A stretch of DNA of 64,000 nt. It comes from Fistulifera solaris. Lineage: Eukaryota. The stretch covers positions 620,001 to 684,000 of the forward strand of contig AP026133.1 of the NCBI GenBank assembly GCA_030295235.1. The letters are read 5' to 3'. A program made the translations under genes and the position numbers. Of the stretch, positions 23,757-34,594 are shown one piece after another. A model generated the notes under the pieces. It was not told where the DNA came from. It ran no database searches and saw only the letters and a list, made by a program, of their open reading frames with translations. Numbering within the stretch: position 1 is the first letter of the stretch; every line of letters begins with the position of its first letter.

Positions 23757-24631
23757 ATGAAGCGATCGGTGAAGAAAACAGATGAATCAGAAGGCGGCAA
23801 TTTAGAAAAATGGGCAAAAGATAGGCTAGAGCAAAACCATCCGCAGCACGGCAGCGCCATGCCAATCTACCAGGTTTCGAATGCGCCGATACATCTTAAC
23901 GATTACTTGTTGCCTTCCGTAAACAACCAATTCGTTGCAGCACAACATCTCACCGCAGTCATCAATTCTAATGCATCGAATTTGCTCGGACGACCCACTT
24001 CTAATAGTTCCGCAGTATATTCACCGCAGATCGCGAGCCTCGACACTGCAATGCGCGCGGATTTGGTGCCTAACGCACTGATACCCTATCAGGCTCAGCC
24101 GATTGCACCAAGTCGTCAAACAGAGAAGGTATCTGTCGCACTTGCGAATTCTACCGAACGTTCGCTTTCCGGACCCACGCCAGGCAAGCCTAAGCGTCCT
24201 TTGTCTGCGTACAATGTCTTTTCCAAGAAGAGCGTGCAAAAATAATAGAAGAAAGAGAAGGCGTAGAGAGAAACGACTCATCCGGCAACTCGCCAACCAA
24301 CAAAAAACAGCGTTATCAACCGAATGGAACAGGTTTCGAAGATCTAGCTAAGGAAATCAGCAGACGATGGAAGGCTGTCGACAGCGAGCGGCTTTCTGAA
24401 TGCACCCGGCTTGCGGAAGCCGATACGGAAAGATATCAACAAGAGCTCGCAGAGTATAGTAAATTGAGAGAAGAGAGGCTATCAGCGAAGCAGCGCGCTC
24501 AAGCCGCCTCAGTGTCCGAAGAGACCTGGAAAAACTATCTTGCAACTGCAGAAAAACAAAAGCCACCGCGGCCATCGCGGAAGCGGTCAAGGAAAGGGAT
24601 AGATCATAAGATCACGGATAAAAACGTGTAA
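23757..24631 (+). CDS. HMG-box DNA-binding protein B, copy 1
   Basis: KPKRPLSAYNVF; 1-bp T-run loss at ~24220 relative to intact copy 43225-44103. Confidence 0.87.
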
Positions 24632-25666
24632 ATCGAGGCAACATACGAAGTTCGTCACGTTGAAAATTGTTAGCTTTTCGCTCGCCGAAGGAGGAGTAAA
24701 GGTTCGAATAAGGATCTGAGAAAAGCGAGACTGATGAGTATGAAGGCTTGTATTGAAGATTGCGAAGCCCTCACGATAGTGCGTTGGTACGCTCAGATTC
24801 GAAGCGGAGAAACAAGCAGTTGCTCTGGTTTCCAAATGTGCTATCCAGGGTGAGCTCATGGGCAAGCTGCGACGAATAAATTGATTTGCCCCGTTGATTT
24901 TGCAATAATGTGAGGGCTTGCAATTCCAGTGATGGGTTTAAAGACATGAAGTCCAGCAATCGAACCAACGATCGCAACCATCGATTGCGTGGTGCGGAGA
25001 TCGTTTAGTGTATGTTTTCATTCAGGCGTCATGCGTCATAGCGCGGTCTAAAGCCGCGGAGTTTTCAGTGTTCAGGATTCAGGATTCATACTGCGAAATT
25101 TCTATAGTCTTTGTAGCTATTGTCTTTTCGGGCTGGGACGAATGACGAATGCCGAATGTCATTACGAGTGCTACTTAGCTCGATGATTTGATTTGAGTCC
25201 CTTTTGTTCTTTCGGGAACATAAAAACTAGAGAGACATCAAGCCAACGTCGCATGTCAAATTTAATCTTCTTCATATTAGTTCCTTTATTTTGCATCCGG
25301 TTTTAAGCGTATTAAGCCGCAGCTGTGTATCCTCTACTCGCGACAAATTATCAATAATTACATTTCTTTCAAAAGCGTAACTACGATGTATGAACTTCTT
25401 CAAGGCAATTAATGGCAAATTTTCCAAAACCATACCCTGCATTGATTCCAGTAAGAATGTAGTCGTTGTAGCTAATCAGAATTCAGAACAGTAGAAGTTG
25501 CGCTAAAAATCCAACAGATGCCGGCAACACGAAAGTCATGTTTGATGAAAGAAAGGCAATCACATTCATACGGTTGATAATGTAGCAAAATCAATCTGCT
25601 CAGAGCAATTGTTGCATGTTGTCGGTTTGATAATCAAGTATGAAGACTCTGAGTGCCAATGATTTC

Positions 25667-26189
25667 AGTCCATGACAAGAAATAGAATTTTTATCACTCT
25701 GTTCCATTCCAGAGATTAGCTAAAGGTATCCAGCCCTACCAGGTAGCCATGCTTCATGCTAGGCTGCATCGGTCGTTGGCAAATACTTGAGCGGCATTTC
25801 TTAAATCTCTTCTCATGACTACTTAGCTATTGTATGCCGCTCACCCGCCCTAGCTAGAAGGCGGTTTCTTTCTAGGGTCTAGGGTCTCAAAAGTCTCTAG
25901 TCTCTAGTAGAGTCTAATTAGGAGGTATTAGTCCATGACGAGAAATAGAATTTTTATCACTCTGTTCCATTCCAGAGATTAGCTAAAGGTATCCAGCCCT
26001 ACCAGGTAGCCATGATTCATGCTATGCTGCATCGGTCGTTGGTAAATACTCGAGCGGCATTGCTTAAATCTCTTCTCATGACTACTTAGCTATTGTATGC
26101 CGCTCACCCGCCCTAGCTAGAAGGCGGTTTTTATCTGGGGTCCAGGGTCTCAAAAGTCTCTAGTCTCTAGTAGAGTCTAATTAGGAGGT
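25667..26189. repeat. Direct tandem repeat, two ~263-bp units, upstream of HMG-box gene C
   Basis: agtccatgac(a/g)agaaatagaatttttatc... starts at 25667 and 25930; units differ by a few substitutions. Confidence 0.95.
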
Positions 26190-26304
26190 TTGTTTAAGTA
26201 GAAAGCCTCTGGGAGAGGGAGCTGGAAAGAAAGAAACGCATGTTTTATGTCGTCGGTTGTCGGTTGTAGGTTGTAAATGATGTACGATGTGGGATCCAAA
26301 ATGG

Positions 26305-26332
26305 TTTACTGAGGAATAAACTGTCATATGAT
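26305..26332 (+). promoter_or_regulatory. Conserved bipartite motif upstream of HMG-box gene C
   Basis: tttactg-N10-tgtcatatgat. Confidence 0.55.
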
Positions 26333-26560
26333 ATTACGAAAGACCGTGTCGTCGCCTATTTAGACTATTTAAGAAAGTCCGAAGCTTTGGATCCTACATC
26401 TACATCTGGCTTAAACCTTCGTCGAAGCGTATCACCAACATCAGTGGATCTGAGGCAAAACGGAAAAAATTAGGACATGAAAGCAGCAGTTGGCTCAAAA
26501 TAAAGATGGGAATCAAAATGCTCATTCGATGCAGCTTTGTGGGTGAATGCAGCAACAATC

Positions 26561-27574
26561 ATGAGCCAAGCGAATGCCAACAAACGGTCTTTGGGCGCAC
26601 ATAGCGTTGCGCGGAAACGCGAATGCAAACGCATGCAAGACGATCTTCAAATTCAAACCATTGTTGCACAAGCCATTGAACACGAACTTGTGCCATTGCC
26701 ATCAGTTACACAAGTTCCTTCTCGTTTTAATCCACATCACTTGTCGACACTAAATTCTTCAAAAGCGACAGCGGATCATTGCAACAGCTTGAGCCACAAA
26801 CAAGTTCAATTGATCCGCACGATCGCGCTTCAATTCTCGGTCTTACTGTAGTAGCTATCCTTGAGCACCATCATCAATGCCACCAAATTAGAGATGTCGA
26901 CCACATGTTGCGAAGGGACTCGGCGTCAATTTACAGTGCAGCTGATTCTCATTCGGCCCTAATCACAGGCACCAAAGCTGTCGACAAACGGGTGAGTCTG
27001 TCAACGGATCAAAACTCCAGCGGCGACCACCAAACTTCTTCCGATTTAAAACGTCCCTCTGTGGCGTCAACCGCCTCAGCCATTCACAGTCCTTCAAATC
27101 AATCTGCTGCTGGTAGTTATTCGCCGCGATATCATTCCGAGTCAAAACTTGCCAAGCCGAAGCGTCCCCTATCAGCTTACAATGTCTTCTTCCAGGAAGA
27201 CCGCGCCAAAATCATTGCCGATCAAAAGGTAATCAGCCCGCTTCTCCTCCGGAATCGTCGCCTAACCGAAAGCAAAGATATCGACCAAACGGAACTGGGT
27301 TTGAAGATCTCGCCAAAGAAATCAGCAAACGGTGGAAACATGTCGAAAAGGAGCGCTTGGAAGAATGCACTCAGCGCGCAAATGCCGATATGGTTCGGTA
27401 TGAAACCGAGCTGGCTCTGTATAATGAGCAAAGGAGGCACGCCTGTCGGCGAAGCAGCGTGCTCAAAGAGCCACGGTGTCCGAAGAAGCTTGGGCGCAGT
27501 ATCTCGCCGCTGCCGAAAGTCAAAAGCCTCCCCGAAAGAGAAAGTCAAAGAAACGATCTTACCAAAATCCCTGA
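26561..27574 (+). CDS. HMG-box DNA-binding protein C, copy 1
   Basis: KPKRPLSAYNVFFQE(D)RAKI...RYRPNGTGFEDLAKEISKRWK. Several 1-bp indels. Paralogous tail LSAKQRAQRATVSEEAWAQY ends at TGA 27572-27574. Confidence 0.83.
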
Positions 27575-28327
27575 GAGGGCTGTATGTTTTTGAGGCCAAC
27601 GAGCGATGAGAACGCATGAAGATTGAACCGATAATGAAAACAAGAACTTGAGTTCAGTGGTTCGAAATGCGGTCTTCAAAAACAGTTTGGTCGCTTTGTG
27701 ATGAAGGATTTTCCGCCAAAAGCTTTTTGGCTATCATAGTTTTCCACTACTTTTTACCCAAATCATGAAACTTTCATCTTAGTTGAGAACTGTCTTTGCA
27801 ACCAAGTCGCCTTCCCAAGTAGCCTAGTTACAGCGTACAACAAACAATACTTGGTAGAAACATGATCAATGTGAAAGAATATACCAAGTACTCCGGTAAA
27901 AAGGAACATTCAAGGCGGAAGCAGCGGTTAGCACGTTTATGGTCGCGTGCCGCGTGTGAAAACGAGGATTTCTTGGGTACCGGTACCGATACCGGGTACG
28001 GTACCTGGTACCAGAGTAACTACGTAGTAGTAGACGACTCTCCTCGTGACCATTATTTCTCCATACTGTACAGCTAAGTAAAAGCGTCCGAAGTATCAAC
28101 GGAAATAACGCTTTTGGGTACGAAACTCGTCCGAGTACCGCATATCGCCGAAGCGACTTCCAAGAATTATGAAAGTTCAAGAGGAGGTCACAGTCCTCTC
28201 TCTCTACCTGGTGTTGTTGCCTCTCTTCTCTTTTAATTCGTCCAGGCAGCGTGTCAAGGTGGATTTCTCAGAGAATGCTCTACCGAAGAGGTTATCTATA
28301 GGCGCTCGTCATAGCAAAGGCGGGCTT

Positions 28328-30246
28328 ATGAGTCGCCAAGCCCGCTGGTCGAAGAAAATCACATTTGCTTTAACCAGTGCTGCGATTGCGTTCTCCGCCG
28401 TCAGATTACATCATGGGACACGAATTGTCCGGCAACTTCGAAATCTCCAGACTCCAAAAGATGTCTTCGTGGACAATCTGAGAAGTTTCTCGACTTTGGA
28501 GCGAGAAATAGGAGGCATCTCTCTGCGGCATGTCCCATTAGCTAGTTTCATTTATACTGGTACAGGAGATTGGATGTCTTTTTTAGATGACAGTACGCTT
28601 CTTTCCCAAATTTCGATTCCTGGTACTCACGATAGTGCGGCTGCCATTGGGCGGCCGCTTTGTGATACGCAAAATTGGAACATCTTGGATCAGCTGCGAA
28701 GTGGAATACGCTATTTGGACATCCGCTGTCGTCCTGTGGACAACCATTTCAACATTCATCACGGTGTTTGCTTCCTTCATCAACGATTTGATGATGTTTT
28801 GAAAGTCGTATCCGGTTTTCTTTCAAATCACGCGGGCGAGACCATCATTATGCGAGTATCTAATGCATTCCGGCCTTCTCACGACGCAATAAGCTTCGAG
28901 CAAATATGGAATAGATACATGGAAGATACTACCTACGGAACTTTATTTGTGCCCAATTTGAGCAGTATCCCTACTCTGGGTGATGTGCGAGGGCGAATCA
29001 TTGTTGTCAGCAATGAGCTAGGACCCCGACCGAATTATGGATATCAGTTTTTGGAGGATCATTCACGAGTATTCAGGACGCATTCGAAATCGATAGTGAT
29101 GAGAAAGTTGCTGAAAAAGTCGATCTTATTGTCACTCAGATGGAGAAAGCACCACTTCAACCTGAAAGGCTTACTTTTAATCATTTGAGCGGAACTGGAC
29201 TTCCTGATTTACGTTTTACTCCAGAAGATGTGGCAGTGACGACTAATAATGCTGCCTACGATCTAGTCGGCTTTGGTGACTTTAAGCGGGTGGTTGGGAT
29301 TTTAATTGCAGACTTTCCAGGCGAAGGACTCATTGGTCGAATCCTTTTTAGTAATTTCGGAAAAGAGCTGGAAGAAAAGCTCAGGGCCCAGAATCAATTT
29401 CAACTATATTCCACGACGAATTGCGAAGAAGGGAAACAAGTTGGGTACCTAGATTACCCCTACCGCGGAGGATCGGTCACAACACGCTTGTCGGATGAAC
29501 CTGACGTAGAAGACAATTCGGCGAGATCCATACTTCTTTCCGGGCCAGTGGAAGCAGGGACTAGGATTCTTGTTGGTGGGCTGTCTGATCTACTGGGGAA
29601 AAGCGATAGTACAATCATAACCGTCGTTGAAGATGTTCTGGAAGGGGGTTCTATTTGCATTGAGAATCTCAGGAAATCAACGATTGAAAGTCAATTCGTA
29701 CAAACATACCAAGAGTTTGCTGAAAGAAAAACCAATCTTCCGTCTTCTGTCCGAGTGGAAAGACCAACCGATGAAACCAAAGAGTTTGCTGTCACATTGA
29801 CGAGGGAACTGCATTGGACGGGACGATTTTGTGCTGGAAAATCCTCCGAGAGTGCCCGGGGAGGTCTCGTCACTGGCATTCTGCGGTCTCACATTAAAGG
29901 TTGCCAGTCACTAGCGCAGTCCAAAACAAAAATCTGTGCTGGAGAGTCGTCGTCGTATTGGACGAGCTTCGTTTCGCTCCTACGCAAGTCGAACCAGTGT
30001 CGAAAGGGATATTATGTTGGACAAACAAAATGCTTAGGACTAAAGTGCTCGCGAATGATGATTCGGTGCTACAAAACAACGAGCTTGTGCTCACTCGACG
30101 CCAACGGACCAACATCGGTGCGTAAACTGCGTTATGGTGACGAAGATTTCTGCCCCTTTGGAACAATTTTAACCGGCGTAGAGTGTCAAAGACCAGCCTG
30201 CGTTGTCCTTACCGCATATTGCACAAAACTGACTTATACTCCTTAA
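28328..30246 (+). CDS. Bacterial-type phosphatidylinositol-specific phospholipase C (PI-PLC X domain) with N-terminal anchor and C-terminal beta/Cys-rich domains, copy 1
   Basis: WMSFLDDSTLLSQISIPGTHDS, QLRSGIRYLDIRCR, IHHG, ETIIMRV, PTLGDVRGRI, GILIADFPGEGLI. Frameshift in a T run at ~29050. Confidence 0.85.
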
Positions 30247-30282
30247 TAGTTGAACTAATTTACAAAAAAACACTATTGTTTC

Positions 30283-31140
30283 TCAAATGTCAGGTGCGGC
30301 AATTACGCTATCCACCCAGTACTCCTCCCTCTTTTTCTTTCGTGATCTCGTCGAGCGTTGTTTTGTTTTCCTCTCTGACACTTCTGTCCACGCATTTAAG
30401 TGTCGCTCTGCAGGATATAAGCCAGCCCCCGTCATGTTCTGCAATGCTTCGACTGCACCGGTCCAGTTCCCCACAGAAACTGCTCCTTGCACCAAGAGTG
30501 CGTACGATGCTTTGTCTTTCGCTCCTACATCATGAACATTGAATTGATCTTCTCCGTTTTCCGGTTCGGGACCGCGCGATCTTTCTGTCAGATTGTCAGA
30601 TAGCAACAGTGCAGCTTCCTGGTGAAGTCCCAAAGATTGATATACTGCGGCAATCGGATTCACATGCCGCGAAACTAACGGAATACGGTCTGGCAATTGT
30701 TTTACCACTTGCACTGCGCGATCCAAAGGTTCCCTTCGACTGGTTAACGATAAATGCTTCTTCTCCCGTGCCGCGCAAACACAGGCCCTCATTAAGCTCA
30801 TAATCATTGTGTCCGTGATAAAAACGGTAGGTTTGAATTTCCTTCGTGATCGTCGACTTTTAGTAGCCGATTCTGTACTCACTCGGTCTAGCCATTTGTT
30901 TTCTCTTTGTTGTACTTCGTTGTATATTTCCAGTGCCTTCTCCCATTCTCCCAGCTTCGAGCATGCCACCAACGCACCTTCGTAATGAATGTTGGTTCGT
31001 TCAACTCTTCCTACACTACTACCACTAGTAGCAGTGGTGTTAGTCGGCATCACCATACGATCATACGAGCGCAACGCATACCTCCACATGGCCGGCTGTG
31101 CCGACTTTCGTGCATTCTTCCAGATGGTCCCCGCGTATCC
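30283..31140 (-). pseudogene. 5'-truncated copy of PPR/TPR-like plastid protein (cut by duplication junction)
   Basis: Matches 50723-51580 but lacks the N-terminus and promoter. Confidence 0.85.
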
Positions 31141-31193
31141 TAGCGGTAGAAGAACCAACAATGATCATTGCGTGCTAACTATTTGCTTTCCAG

Positions 31194-32939
31194 ATTGATC
31201 TTGGCTATAAAATGCCCGACGTCGTAGAGGTGCGAGTGTGGGACGATGCCAATGAAAACGGAATTCAAGATGAAGGGGAGACAGGAATAGAAGGAGTTGA
31301 GCTTCGACTTGTGAATGACACCCGACAGGATCTTGCCGTACAAGCGGAAGGCAATGCTCACGAAGTGCTGACAACGGATGCGAACGGTATCGCTCTGTTT
31401 ACGATGGTCCCCAAAGGGATTACTTTGCGTGTGAAAGTCGTCAATCGACCTCCTGGGGCTATCGAAACCTCGAAAAGAATCGGAGGCGATAGCAATAACG
31501 ACTCGGATCTAAACAGCGACTCATTTAGCGATTCATTCGATCTGCGCAATTTCAATGGAGGTGTTTATGGATCGATTGACTTGGGCTATCGAATGCCTGA
31601 AACACTTGAGATTCACGTGTGGGATGATATGAACTCGAACGGTATCCAAGATACTGGCGAGCCAGGTCTGCCTAACGTTGTGCTTAAGCTCGTGAAATCC
31701 GACAGAACTGAGATTGCCGCCATTCAAGGAGGAACGGCGCACCAAGCAATAACCACGGGTCCGGACGGAGTTGCCCGTTTCTTAAAAGTTCCCAAGTCCG
31801 AGACTATCCGAGCCATGGTGGTTGCTCCGCCGCCTGGAGCCAAGCCCACATCTAAAAACCAAGGTGGCGATGAGATGCTGGACAGTGACCTAAACGGCGA
31901 CATGTACAGTGATTCCTTTCAAATGGCTTCTTTCCGTGGCGCTGGGGCTCTCGGCATGGTACGTATTGTTCAATGGTCTTGTTCTTGATTAAAAGTCTTT
32001 GGAAAGGAACGTTTCATGCACTAATCTTTCGCTCTGATTGCTTTACAGCTGGACCTCGGATTCCAAATGCCGGCTGACATGGTCGTTCGTGTTTGGGATG
32101 ACTTTAACGGAGATGGAATCCAAGACGCTGGTGAACCGTAAGTACTTGTTGTGGTTGTTGTTTCTTGATGGCACCCTCGTTGGATTGAAATCTAATTGTT
32201 GTGCATGTTCTCCGTCGAACGACAGAGGAATTCAAGGTGTCGAACTAGGAATGGTCTTGAATGATAAAGTCACGCCCTTGCCGAATATTGGAGGGGGCAG
32301 CAATGCTCATCTGGTAAAATTCACTGACGAAAATGGCTACGCCACCTTTGTGGGGTGCCTCGGACCGAAACCGTACGGATCAAAGTCATGAATGCCCCGC
32401 CTGGTTCCGTGCCGACTCATCGAAACCGCGGTACAGATGACCAGGCCGACTCGGATATGGGAACGGATTTAGTGACCGACTCTTTCGATATGAACAACTT
32501 TAAAGGCGTCGGAGCTATCGGTCAAATGGACCTCGGCTTCCGCATGCCCAAGACAGTGGTCGTCCGTGTTTGGAGAGATACCGACGGCGATGGCATTCAG
32601 GATGAGAACGAAGAAGGCTTTGAAGGTATCCGCGTACAGATTGTGAACGCCACGACCCGCCTCCCTCTTCCCGAACAAGGAAACAACGGGACCGCACACC
32701 AGGTCCTCACCACAGGTTCCGACGGACGGGTTCGTTTCACCAAAGTTCCGCAGAGCACTTCCATTCGAATTCGAGTTTTGAATCCTCCTACCGGCTTCCG
32801 CGTCACCCTGAAGGATCGTGGAACAGATGATCAGCTAGATAGCGACTTGAATACTGATCACTTTACGGATGGCTTCCTTCTACCGAGCAATGTCGCGGAG
32901 CTTTTCGACATGCGAGACTGCGGATACAGGCCCATTTAA
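31194..32939 (+). pseudogene. 5'-truncated copy of the adhesin gene (last four SdrD-B-like repeats only)
   Basis: Begins after a partial intron; matches 11692-13438; no signal peptide, VWD or promoter. Confidence 0.85.
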
Positions 32940-33391
32940 TTCTTCATGCGGGCAATTTCCCAGTCCTTTAGTGATTCGCATACTTGATCTTCATATCTCA
33001 ATACATAATATAATTAAAAATAATCAATTTCAAAGTAAAGAAGCCAAGTATAGTAACCTCATGGATTATTGGAAACAAATAATGTTGCTGCGTTTCGCTT
33101 TTGCGCAATACCTGGTAAAGCGTCAAGCTCGAGAGTGATCTGTGCCTCGTGACTAAAAATGCAGTCGTGGCGAAATACAGACTACACAATAGAGCTATAG
33201 TCATTGTGGATGAGCACAATCGGAACCGCTTTTTGCTGTAAAGAATTAAGTGACAATGGAACTGGTATGAACGATAATTGCATCATGAATAAGGCGCTGG
33301 AAGATTGTTGATCGTGCAACACGGATCAAATACAACCAGGTGACGAGTAAGCACAATCATTAAGCCGTTAACGAAAACTATAGTCAAAAAA

Positions 33392-34285
33392 TTATTCCAC
33401 CGCCATGATACTATTATGTTTCTCTTCGGCTGCACGATTGAGCTCATGAATCGCTTCTTCGGTTGCCGCCTCAACTTCTTGTTGAACTCGGAACGCATCA
33501 TCTTTCGACACATGCTCCAATTTCCCCGCGACACCTTTCTTCGTGACATCCATCGCCTTGCGGCGCACTTGTCGAATGCCTTGACGATACGACTCGGCAC
33601 GTTTTGCCAATGTCATGGCAATCTTTTGACGACTTTCTAACGAGATACGAGGAAGGGGAATGTTAACGACGCCATCTTCGGCGGAGGGATTGAGATTGAG
33701 CTGTTGTGAGACGGCCATGCGTACCGCCTTGGCAAGGGACGGATCAAAGCAAGTAGCTGTCGCCAACGTGGGTGATACCAACACGACTTGTGCGACCGAT
33801 TGCAACGAAGTGCGAGCACCGTACGCTTCCACTTGGACGCTGTCAAAGAGCGCGACGGTCGGCTCGGCGCCGCGCATGTTTTTGAGCGAATCGACAAAAC
33901 GTTGCACAATTTGTTTCATTTTGAGTTTAGTTTGTTTCGGGTCGGGGAGTAAATTCTGCTCTTCTTCTACTAGTTGCTCATCGTCCTCTTGATATAACTC
34001 TTCTTCGGGTTGCTCAACAGCTGCTGCCTCGTTTGTCGTCTCCGCTTTCCTTGACTTCTTTTTTTGACGACGCTCTTGAGCCTTTTTCTGACTTTGTTCG
34101 TGCGCCAGTTCATCCAAACGCTCCAAATGTTGTCCCATTTTCGCACCCGAGTGTTTAAAACGCCACGACGATGCTACAGTATCCACCATCGGAAGTGTCG
34201 AGGGACGGAGGTTGACGACGACTCCTCGACGTCCCGTGTATTGCAGAGATTGTCGTAAGAGAGAGGGGAAACGCGAGGCATTCAT
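33392..34285 (-). CDS. frr: Ribosome recycling factor, copy 2 (intact, 297 aa)
   Basis: Uninterrupted ORF with RRF motifs including NIPLPRISLESRQKI; N-terminus resembles a mitochondrial transit peptide. Confidence 0.93.
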   Translation of the reverse strand: MNASRFPSLLRQSLQYTGRRGVVVNLRPSTLPMVDTVASSWRFKHSGAKMGQHLERLDELAHEQSQKKAQERRQKKKSRKAETTNEAAAVEQPEEELYQEDDEQLVEEEQNLLPDPKQTKLKMKQIVQRFVDSLKNMRGAEPTVALFDSVQVEAYGARTSLQSVAQVVLVSPTLATATCFDPSLAKAVRMAVSQQLNLNPSAEDGVVNIPLPRISLESRQKIAMTLAKRAESYRQGIRQVRRKAMDVTKKGVAGKLEHVSKDDAFRVQQEVEAATEEAIHELNRAAEEKHNSIMAVE

Positions 34286-34594
34286 TGTTGCGTAGGAAAG
34301 AACTGAACGAAATCAAAAAGTAGAGACGCTGAGGTAAGGCTCATTGTTTTGGATGTGAATGGTCAACATGAAAACGGCGCGCATCACAATTTACATCATA
34401 ATACCTGGTACCCCGTAGTAGCATCAGATTGGCGGAGTCCGTCCATCGTACGTTACGTGGTGAGAGTTAAAAGGCAAAGCCGACGAGGCGAGCGACCACG
34501 AAAAAATCTCTCAGGCATCAAACTATTCTATTCTGAAAAGCAGAAAATAGCTGCAAAAGAGTGTCATGACAACTCATTTCCTTTTCCTTCTTTC

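Larger units (their letters stand above)
11637..31140. repeat. Tandem segmental duplication, copy 1 (~19.5 kb)
   Basis: Colinear and near-identical to 31141-51580, with the same gene order in the ORF track. Confidence 0.97.

Noticed and set aside
27975..28015. GGTACC-rich tract as a distinct element
   Set aside because: Short low-complexity tract, with a similar one at ~4505; relevant only as the transposon target.
30283..31161. New chimeric gene formed at the duplication junction
   Set aside because: The ORF starts at a non-ATG codon and gains only ~7 residues from antisense intron sequence; there is no evidence of a promoter.
34349..34594. 82-aa N-terminal extension of the YhiN-like ORF in copy 2
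   Set aside because: Non-ATG start, not open in copy 1, and it spans the RRF/YhiN intergenic region.
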